Notes under the pieces: model-generated
Seen by the model: the letters and a program-made list of their open reading frames with translations, nothing else
Databases searched by the model: none
What the model was told of the DNA's origin: nothing
Program-made: the position numbers and the translations under genes
Assembly (NCBI GenBank): GCA_002269645.1
Contig: NIVC01000839.1
Span: forward strand, 124,001 to 188,000
From: Macrostomum lignano
Lineage: Eukaryota
Direction of reading: 5' to 3'
DNA length: 64,000 nucleotides
Part shown: one piece after another, positions 54,660 through 64,000 of the stretch
Layout: each line of letters starts with the position of its first letter
How positions within the stretch are numbered: position 1 is the first letter of the stretch

Positions 54660-56151
54660 ATGCTTCAGAAAACTTGTCTTGGACTTTGTCTTCTGCTTCT
54701 AGCAGCATCGGCAGAAGCGGCAGCACCTCCGGTAGCTGTCACTCTCTGCATGGAGACTTTCTACCGGTATATTAGCAGTGGACATTGTGCCCTACGGCAA
54801 TGCTAAAGAGGAACAGCAAGGTAATAAATGGGTTTTCACCTGTCAGCACGGTACTAAAGAGTGCGTTGGCAATCAGATTGAGACTTGCGCCATCAAGCTG
54901 CTGGGCAGCCCGACTGTCTGGCTGCCCTACCTGCACTGCATTGAAGGTCAATTAGCACACGGTAGTCGCGACATCATGCAGGTGGCCAAGGACTGCGCTG
55001 ACAATGCTCAGCCGAGGATTAATTTTGACGACATTAGCAGGTGCTCACTGAGTGATCAGGGCAATCAGTGGCAACGCGAGATGGCACTGAGGACAGAGGC
55101 ACTTAACCCGCCGCATAAATACGTGCCCTGGGTCACCGTTAATGGGGTGAGCTGATCCTGTCTAACAGTTTTGTTTATGAGAACAGCCTGTTGTCTAACA
55201 GGTGTGTAGCTTGTGTCTAACAAGTTTGTACATGTAGTTTGTGTCTAACAGGAGTGTGTAGCTTGTGTCTAACAGGTGTGTAGCTTGTGTCTAACAGGTG
55301 TGTAGCTTGTGTCTAACAGGTGTGTAGCTTGTGTCTAACAGGTGTGTAGCTTGTGTCTAACAGGTGTGTAGCTTGTATCTAACAGGTGTGTAGCTTGTGT
55401 CTAACAGGAGTGTGTAGCATGTGTCTAACAGGAGTGTGTAGCTTGTGTCTAACAGGTGTGTGTAGCTTGTGTCTAACAGGTGTGTAGCTAATTGTGTCTA
55501 ACAGGAGTGTGTAGCTTGTGTCTAACAGGTGTGTGTAGCTTGTGTCTTACAGGTGTGTAGCTTGTGTCTAACAGGTGTGTAGCTTGTGTCTAACAACTGT
55601 GTAGCTTGTGTCTAACAGGTGTGTAGCTTGTGTCTTACAGGTTTTTAAAAGGTGTCTAATAGGTGTGTAACTTGTGTCTAACAGGTGTGTAGCTTGTGTC
55701 TAACAGGTGTGTAGCTTGTGTCTAACATGTGTGTAGCTTGTGTCTAACAGGTGTGTAGCTTGTGTCTAACAGGTGTGTAGCTTGTGTCTAACAGGTGTGT
55801 AGCTTGTGTCTAACATGTGTGTAGCTGGTGTCTAACAGGTGTGTAGCTTGTGTCTAACAGGTGTGTAGCTTGTGTCTAACAGGTGTGTAGCTTGTGTCTA
55901 ACAGGTGCACAGTGTACTTTAGTTTTTGTGTACTTTTCTGACTATCCAACAGATATAGCTATCATCTAACGTATTGAACTCTCCTCTTTTTAAAAATTTC
56001 ACAGGTGCACACCGTCAACATTCAATACGAGGTTGAGAACGATCTGCTCAATTTGGTTTGCAAGACCTATTCTGGTCCAAAACCAAAGGAATGCACCGCC
56101 TTTGGTGTCGCCGCTAGCAGTCCATGCCCGAGAAATCAAACTGATAACTAA
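54660..56151 (+). pseudogene. IFI30: GILT (gamma-interferon-inducible lysosomal thiol reductase, IFI30-like) copy lacking the CXXC site and frameshifted
   Basis: ATG at 54660 gives a signal peptide and VAVTLCMETFYRYIS, then the frame shifts to VDIVPYGNA...FTCQHGTKECVGNQIETC...YVPWVTVNG|gtgagc (55146), with exon 2 at 56005..56151 (DLLNLVCKTYSGPKPKEC). The ESLCPDC-type segment that normally precedes VDxVPYGNA is absent. Confidence 0.78.
55190..55905. repeat. 22-bp minisatellite (gcttgtgtctaacaggtgtgta) in the GILT intron
   Basis: Visible tandem units. Confidence 0.92.
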
Positions 56152-56542
56152 TTGTGGGCACTATTGGCTAATTAATTTTAATTGCTACTCCAATCCGGAA
56201 TTTTTTGACTGCATGAAACAAACTTACCAGTTAAGAAATTAATCATTACATACATTGCATATCTCTTGATTAAAAACCTACTGAATTGTCTTTGGTGTAC
56301 TCATTTAAACAAATTAATAAACTTGGTATGAAATCACAAAAATTAATGAAAAATTATTAATAAATTCATGTTAATCATGTTAGTCACAAGTATTGATATT
56401 TATTTACAAATTTTCTTCGATAATAAAAAATTACACTATCGAAAAATTACACTATCGTGCTACTTAGAGTAGAGGGATGTGTTTATAAAAGGAGTAGTGC
56501 ATTACAATATTGAAAATATTTTGACTTTTTATGTAAAAAATG

Positions 56543-57543
56543 TCACACGAAAAATCTTTGAATATGATGTCTGCCCCACTTGCAGTTCGTTCCGTAGAAT
56601 CCTGGCTTGCACAGGCAGCTGCAGTGAATATGGGCGGAGTGGGAGAGATTCGGTGAAAAGCAGGTAGTTAGAATAGAGTGGAGTAGAATGAGTGTAGAGT
56701 GAGGAGTAGGGTGAGAGTAGAGTGAGGAGTAGGGTAAGTGTAGAGTGAGGAGTATGGCGAGAGTAGAGTGAGGAGTATGGTGAGAGTAGAGTGAGTATGT
56801 TGAGAGTAGAGTGAGTAGGTTGAGAGTAGAGAGAGGACTTGAGGAGTAGGTTGATAGTAGACTGAGGAATAGGGAGACAGTAGAGTGAGGAGTAGGGTGA
56901 GAGTAGAGTGAGGAGTAGGGTGAGAGTAGAGTGAGGAGTAGGGTGACAGTAGAGTGAGGAGTAGGGTGACAGTAGAGTGAGAAGTAGGGTGAGAGTAGAG
57001 TGAGGAGTAGGGTGAGAGTAGAGTGAGGAGTAGGGTGACAGTAGAGTGAGGAGTAGGGTGAGAGTAGAGTGAGGAGTAGGGTGAGTGTAGAGTGAAAAGT
57101 AGGTTGAGAGTAGAGTGAGGAATAGGGAGACAGTAGAGTGTCTGCTGAGGTTGAGTAGGTTGAGAATAGAGTGATGAGTATGGTACAAGAGTAGAGCGAG
57201 CAGTAGGGTTAATACAGAGTGATTTATATATATTAACGATCTATAATTCCACAATTCCATAATTTCCAAGCAGAGTGTCCGCAATGACTCACAGGTAATT
57301 GGAACAAGCCGCCAACTGAACGCACAAGCTTGTTCCGTGTCTGAAGCACCGGGAGCACACCGTAATATCGTCCATCGTTAAAATTTGAGCAGAAATCTGA
57401 TCTTGATAATCAATAGGAGCATCGGAATTCCGCTGTAGAATTATTAGATAAATTCTTAATATTAATAATATTAATAACAATAATGCTAGAAAAGTTAGCA
57501 GAATAAAGTAACAATGTCTGCTATTGCGCAAATTTATGCCCAT
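56543..57543 (-). CDS. Small protein with a single C-terminal EGF-like motif (5' end uncertain)
   Basis: complement join(57293..57543,56543..56618): ...DDITVCSRCFRHGTSLCVQLAACSNYL|CLCKPGFYGTNCKWGRHHIQRFFV*. Strong gtgagt donor and cactgcag acceptor, with matching phase 2. The hydrophobic N-terminal stretch may instead be intron sequence (acceptor-like ttctacag before RNSD). Confidence 0.55.
56680..57200. repeat. 23-bp minisatellite (tagagtgaggagtagggtgagag) in the EGF-motif gene intron
   Basis: Visible tandem units; explains ORF 56529..57284. Confidence 0.88.
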
Positions 57544-57964
57544 AGTTTTGGCAATACTGTGCGTGCAGCAGATCTCTGCAGCTGACACTAATTAGAGACT
57601 TCTTCTTCAGTCCCGTGCTTCGCAGTTTCTGCTATTATTACAATATTTCATTGTGCTTCGCTTTCGCGGCTGGGGTGGGTGGGGTGCAGGCTACAATTTG
57701 CAGAACGTTGTTGAGATAAAAAAGTTAACTGTAGCAATTTCTTCGGGCCCGAGCGAAGGCGCATTCAAGTGTACAATTTTCTGAGAAATGTGCACAGAAA
57801 CTTGAGATTAAGTGCGCAGTGCCTTATAGTATTTGACTTAATATTGCGCGCTTGAGAGAATGGAAAAAGAGATGTGGGCTTGAAATGTTAAGTGTACAGT
57901 GACACTGCTTGGTAACAAGAGAAACACATATAGTTAATTGATAAAGTGACTTTATAGGTGAGTT

Positions 57965-58225
57965 CTTGAATGAGTTTATGAGTTTAGAAGTTTATGAGTT
58001 GATGAGTTCATGGGTTAATGAGTTTATGGTTCAAGCGTTTATGACTTCATGAGTTTATGAGTTCATGAGTTTATAGTTTATGAGTTCATGAGTTTAAGCA
58101 TGAGTTTTATGAGTTTATGAGTTTATATGTTTAGGAGTTCATGAATTCACTAGTTAAAGAGTTTGAGTTCATGCGTTCATGACTTCATGGGTTTATTAGT
58201 TTACGAGTCAGTTTATGAGGTCATG
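57965..58225. repeat. Degenerate gagtttat/gagttcat repeat
   Basis: Short diverged tandem units. Confidence 0.7.
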
Positions 58226-58733
58226 ATTAAATAAATAATTTCTTAAGAGATCTCAAGGAAGCTGATGACAGTCACTCACAAAGTTAAATAAATTTTAAGT
58301 GAAATTCAAAATGGGGATAAGAGACACTAATATACCGAGTATCATGCATGTTATAACAAAAAAGCTTGGAAATTTTTTTAATCTTAATTTAATGATTCTT
58401 TATTTTTACATTTACTTAAACAAAGAAATTATTCTTTAAAAACTTATTGAATTATAAAAAATACAATGCATACTAAACTATTCAATAATTTGTACATCAA
58501 TTTCGATTTATTTTTTACTTGATAGTGCAAACAAATTTATTATAATAGCAGCACACTTATTTTTTAACAGACGCTCCTGGATTTTCTACTCATAGTAGTA
58601 TGCACTTGTTTCGAGCGTGTAGCTTAAAAATATGGTTAAAAAACCAATTGAGACAATCTTGCGACAGAATTGACAATTAATAATTTCAGTTAGGTTAGAA
58701 TTTTACTTTCAATTTCAGTCTAACTCCGCCAGC

Positions 58734-61032
58734 TCAGTGACCAGCGTCGTCTCCGAACTCAAAGTGCAGAGCCTCCTTGTAGATGCCCAGCAGAGAGGTG
58801 ACTGCGAAGCCCAAAATCAGACCGAAGTTTTGCAGTAGAAAAATCTTCAGCCTACCGATGCCTTTGGCTTTGTCACTTTCCAGCGCGTGGTTCATCTCCG
58901 GCATCTGGGGGCGGTTGGTGCGTGACGTCATCCGGAGTCATCATGCACTATCGTCTCTGCTGTAGTCTTTGTCTCATCGTATTTATCTCACCCTCTGAAT
59001 CTCACCCTCTAAATCTCACCCTCTGAATCTCACCCTCTGAATCTCACCCTCTGAATCTCACCCTTTGAATCTCACCCTTTGAATCTCACCCTCTGAATCT
59101 CACCCTCTGAATCTCACCCTCTGAATCTCACCCTCTGAATCTCACCCTCTGAATCTCACCCTTTGAATCTCACCCTTTGAATCTCACCCTCTGAATCTCA
59201 CCCTCTGAATCTCACCCTCTGAATCTTACCCTCTGAATCTCACCCTCTGAATCTCACCCTCTGAATCTCACCCTCTGAATCTCACCCTCTGAATCTGAAT
59301 CTCACCCTCTGAATCTCCCCCTCTGAATCTCACCCTCTGAATCTCACCCTTTGAATCTCACCCTCTGAATCTCACCATCTGAATCTCACCCTCTGAATCT
59401 CATCCGCTGAATCTCACCCTCTGAATCTCACCCTCTGAATATCCCCCTTTGAATCTCACCCTCTGAATCTCACCCTCTAAATCTCACCCTCTGAATCTCC
59501 CCCTCTGAATCTCCCCCTCTGAATCTCACCTTCTGAATCTCACCCTCTGAATCTCACCCTCTGAATCTCACCCTCTGAATCTCACCCTCTGAATCTCACC
59601 CTCTGAATCTCACCCTCTGAATCTCCCCCTCAAAATCTCCCCCTCTGAATCTCACCCTTTGAATCACCCTCTGAATCTCACCCTCTGAATCTCACCCTCT
59701 GAATCTCACCCTCTGAATCTCACCCTCTGAATCTCATCCTTTGAATCACCCTCTGAGTCTCACCCTCTGAATCTCACCCTTTGAATCTCACCCTTTGAAT
59801 CTCACCCTCTGAATCTCACCCTCTGAATCTCACCCTCTGAATCTCACCCTCTAAATCTCACCCTCTGAATCTCACCCTCTGAATCTCACCCTCTGAATCT
59901 CACCCTCTGAATCTCACCCTCTGAATCTCACCCTTTGAATCACCCTCTGAATCTCCCCCTCTGAATCTCACCCTTTGAATCACCCTCTGAATCTCACCCT
60001 CTGAATCTCACCTTCTGAATTTCAACCTGTTTATCTCACCCATTTTATCTCGCCCAGTTTATCTCACCCAGTTTATCTCACCCAGCTTATTTTAGCGTCT
60101 TACCTCATTCTCTACTTATCTTATATCCCCCTGTTTATCCTCCTACCCCTTGAATCTCATCCATCTCTCTCTTTATTACTCTCTGATCATATAACTCATT
60201 AGCATAATCTTGCTGTCTCTCTCCACCCTCGCAAAGCTTAATAAAACAAAAAGTGCACAGCAGAACAGTAATACTAATACTACTAGTAGAGTAAAGCGTC
60301 TATCGCTCACCAAATCCACCAGAGCGATGTAGAGAAAAGCGCCAGCGCTAACGGAGAAAATCCAGATCTGACTCTGGCCCAGATCGCCGAGCAGAATTCC
60401 GAGTGCGCCGCCGACAAACGCGAAAATTGCAGCAAAAAAGTGATACATAGTGGCCCTGCAGATTGTCATACCGGCGCTTAGGAGAATCGCCACGTCTCCT
60501 GCGGGTTGGAAGTGAGGTGAGAATGAGAGACAGGTGAGATTGGGATATCATAGAGTGAGATGGTGAGAGAGTGAAGATTGGGAGAGTGAGATGGTGAGAG
60601 AGTGAAGATTGGGAGAGTGAGATGGTGAGAGAGTGAAGATTGGGAGAGTGAACTGGTGAGAGAGTGAGATTGAGAGAGTGAGAGTGAGAGTGAGTGAGAT
60701 TGAGAGAGAGTGAGGTGTGAAAAGTGAGATTGTGAGGGACTGATATTGGGAGAGAGAGAGTGAGATTGAGAGGGAGAGAGAGTGAGATTGAGAGAGTGTG
60801 AGATTGGGAGAGAGTGAGATTGAGAGTGAGTGAAATTGAGAGAGAGAGAGAGAGAGTGAGATGGTGAGGGAGTGAGATTTTGAGGGACTGAGGTTGGGAG
60901 GGAGAGAGTGAGATTAAGAGAGTGTGAGATTGGGAGAGAGTGAGATTGAGAGTGAGTGAGATTGAGAGAGAGAGAGTGAGATGGTGAGGGAGTGAGATTT
61001 TGAGGGACTGAGGTTGGGAGGGAGAGAGTGAG

Positions 61033-61087
<55 letters not shown>

Positions 61088-63929
61088 GATTGAGAGAGAG
61101 AGTGAGATTGGGAGAGAGTGAGATTGAGAGAGAGTGAGATTAAGAGAGAGTGAGATTGTGAGGGACTGAGATTGGGAGAGAGAGAGAGAGAGAGAGAGAG
61201 AGTGAGATTGAGAGAGAGTGAGATTGGGTGAGAGTGAGATTGGAAGAGAGTGAGATTGAGAGTGAGTGAGATTGAGAGAGAGAGTAAGATGTGGAAAGTG
61301 AGATTGGGTGAGAGTGAGATTGGGAGAGACTGAGATTGGGAGAGACTGAGATTGGGAGAGACTGAGATTGGGAGAGACTGAGATTGGGAGAGACTGAGAT
61401 TGGGAGAGACTGAGATTGGGAGAGACTGAGATTGGGAGAGACTGAGATTGGGAGAGACTGAGATTGGGAGAGACTGAGATTGGGAGAGACTGAGATTGGG
61501 AGAGACTGAGATTGGGAGAGACTGAGATTGGGAGAGACTGAGATTGGGAGAGACTGAGATTGGGAGAGACTGAGATTGGGAGAGACTGAGATTGGGAGAG
61601 ACTGAGATTGGGAGAGACTGAGATTGGGAGAGACTGAGATTGGGAGAGACTGAGATTGGGAGAGACTGAGATTGGGAGAGACTGAGATTGGGAGAGACTG
61701 AGATTGGGAGAGACTGAGATTGGGAGAGACTGAGATTGGGAGAGACTGAGATTGGGAGAGACTGAGATTGGGAGAGACTGAGATTGGGAGAGACTGAGAT
61801 TAAGAGAGAGAGAGAGTGAGATTGAGAGTGAGTGAGATGGTAAGGGAGTGAGATTGGGAGCTGAGAGTGAGATTGAGAGTAAGTGAGATTGAGAGAGAGT
61901 GAGATTGAGAGAGAGTGAGATGTAGAAAGTGAGATTCGGAGGGACTGAGATTGGGAGAAAGTGAGATTGAGAGAGAGTGAGATTGAGAGAGAGAGTGAGA
62001 TGGGGAGAGCGAGATTGGGAGAGTGAGATTGGGAGAGAGTGAGACGGCTGATCTCCCAGATCCCTCTCACTCACCCAGTTCAGTTGGGATCTCCTCAAAG
62101 ATGAAGGCCAGAGTGAGGCTAACGCCAACCAACGGGCTGATGCTGAATGCGGCTCCAATGGCGATACCGTCAATAAAGTTCCTGATGCAGTCGCCCATGA
62201 TGGCGATCCAAGCGATGGGGGCGATCTGCTGCTGAGTCGCATCCTCGGGTTTAACCGAAGTTGCGCTGTCAGTCATTGACAGTTCGATTCTGGAGTCGCG
62301 CATGGTCTCGATCACCTGTCTGGGGAAGCTGCTGATGTCGCCAGCCATTGTGGTGCTAATCTTGCGCGACGGCTTCACCGTGACGCTGTCCTGAGCAGCA
62401 TTGAGACTGTAGCTGCGATTGAGAACGCTGCTATTGTAGAATTTCTTCTCCTTGTGCTCCATCAGCAATCTGAGCAGTTTCTCAATTAAATAGAACAGAT
62501 AGATTCCGCCTCCAACTGTGAGCATTTTCATAATCGGATCGCCGAAATTCTCGTCGTAGTGAGGAATGTTGGGCAGATTGAGAATCTGCGGGTTTATTTT
62601 AAGCATGATTTAAATACTTCATCGGTGAATAAATTCCACTGAAGCGTCTAGAGACTTTTTATTTTGTAAACAGGTATCTTTTTAAAAAATTAAGCACTAA
62701 TATTTTGTTAAATTAAGCAGCGATATGCGGTAAAATTAAGAACCAATTCGTTGACTTACTTAAACATCGATATTTGGTTTAATAAGATATCGATATTTGT
62801 TATAAATTAGATATCGATGCTTTGTGTAATTGAATGTCTAAATTTATTTTAATTATAGATATCAATTTGGTTCAGTTAGATATCAATTTTTTAATTACAC
62901 GTCGGTATAAAGCTTAATTTTGTATCAATATTTTGTGTATAAAGCATCGATAGCCACTTTTGCTTACTTAAGTGGCTAATGGTATTCTATGGCTAAGCAT
63001 AGCTAGAAATTCGGCTAGAAAAAGTTTTCTACAACTGTCGTCATGATTTTGGTTTATTTTTAGTATCAATTTTGGTTTAAGTAAAAAATCGATATTTAGT
63101 TTAACTAGACATCGATAACGGGTTTTCTAACATCAATAATCGACGTAATGTGGCATCAATATTTGACACAAAAAATTGTCGATATTTCATTTGTCGGTTA
63201 TTAAGCATATTAATTAAGCATTCTTATTGGACTTATTTTTAGTATCAATATTAGATTTATTAAAAATGAATACATCGGTTTAGAAAAAAATTGATATCAG
63301 ATTTAAACAAATATCAATATTTGGCCTAACTATAGATACCTTTAATTTTTTTATTAAGCATCGATAATCTACATATTGATGCGTCGATATTAAGTATCGA
63401 TATTTGATTTAACTAAGCATCGATTAATTTAATTTTGCCTTTAAATTCTTTTAAACCTTTTGTTAATTTTAAGCATCATTTTTTGACTTGTTTTTAGTAT
63501 CAGACTATAGTTTGTTTAGAAGTCTATATTTTATTCAATATAAATTGTTATTTAAAATAAATATATAGATAGAATTCATAGCGATATTTGGTATAATTAT
63601 ACATCGATATATGATGTGATAAAGCATCATTATTATTTCGCTCAATCAATCATGAATGTTTTTCTGCCAATCAAAAAACGATTTTCGATGCCAGCTACTA
63701 TAAGTAAAAAGTAAAACATTCTCAACTCCGAGTACTAACCTCGGGCATGAAGATAAACAGAGTGCTGCCCATGAGCGAGCTGATAGCCAGAGGCACCAGA
63801 AACGACAGAGCCATGGTGTACACTGTGGCACTCATGCAAGGAAATGTCAAGATTCCGGCAAGAGCGCAGATTTTCATCACCAGCACAGCCAAGAGGGTGT
63901 ACAACCAGGCTGAGGGTTTAAGAAAGGCA
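58734..63929 (-). CDS. ZIP (SLC39A) metal transporter, LIV-1 subfamily, last four exons (5' part outside the window)
   Basis: complement join(63740..63929,62075..62585,60311..60498,58734..58904), phases consistent. LAISSLMGSTLFIFMPE, GGGIYLFYLIEKLL, IAWIAIMGDCIRNFIDGIAIGAAF, FEEIPTELGDVAILLSAGM, WIFSVSAGAFLYIALVDLMPEM, LLQNFGLILGF. Confidence 0.9.
58985..60020. repeat. 14-bp minisatellite (tgaatctcaccctc) in the last ZIP intron
   Basis: About 70 visible tandem units. Confidence 0.93.
60520..62045. repeat. GA-rich array with a 16-bp core (gagattgggagagact) in a ZIP intron
   Basis: Perfect central block at about 61320-61800 with degenerate flanks; explains ORFs 60478..62070 and 60914..62242. 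Confidence 0.92.
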
Positions 63930-63975
63930 CTGGATTAGACACCTTGAGCCTGTGGGCCTCTGGATAGCTTTAAAG

Positions 63976-64000
63976 CTGTCTGTCTGTCTGTCTGTCTGTC
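63976..64000. repeat. (TCTG)n microsatellite at the window edge
   Basis: tgtctgtctg run. Confidence 0.85.

Noticed and set aside
54767-54778. 12-nt GT...AG micro-intron that might rescue the GILT frame
   Set aside because: Too short to splice, the phases do not match, and it would not restore the missing CXXC.
60478-62242. 530-aa and 442-aa Ser/Leu-rich ORFs
   Set aside because: Translations of the GA-rich intronic array; only the part overlapping the ZIP exon is coding, and in a different frame.

Overview
Eukaryotic (animal) genomic DNA, not prokaryotic. GT-AG introns packed with minisatellites, GC-rich exons and the gene set suggest a free-living flatworm such as Macrostomum (inference). 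Most long entries in the ORF track are tandem-repeat or antisense artefacts, so I rebuilt the spliced genes by hand. In order they are: two divergently oriented Der p 7/group-7-allergen-like secreted proteins; a 6-exon ARL2BP (absent from the ORF track) head-to-head with an intronless DNAJB-type Hsp40 across a promoter with a perfect 4-unit heat-shock element; a fibrinogen-related-domain pseudogene; a 15-exon, 33-kb ELK-type KCNH potassium channel on the minus strand with one GC-AG intron; a complete TMTC O-mannosyltransferase nested antisense in KCNH intron 5; a GILT copy that has lost its CXXC site and is frameshifted; a small two-exon EGF-motif protein; and the 3' part of a LIV-1-type ZIP transporter whose TM4 and TM5 metal-ligand histidines are substituted. 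Mobile DNA includes a hAT-type MITE with an 8-bp target-site duplication nested in a SINE-like repeat, a decayed hAT transposase remnant, a CORE-type tRNA SINE and a second SINE-like family. The most unusual pattern is that several intronic minisatellites are built from splice-signal modules (branch point plus pyrimidine tract, or AG|GT composites), and two of them appear to supply the branch point of the adjacent real acceptor. Exon boundaries were read manually and have no transcript support.
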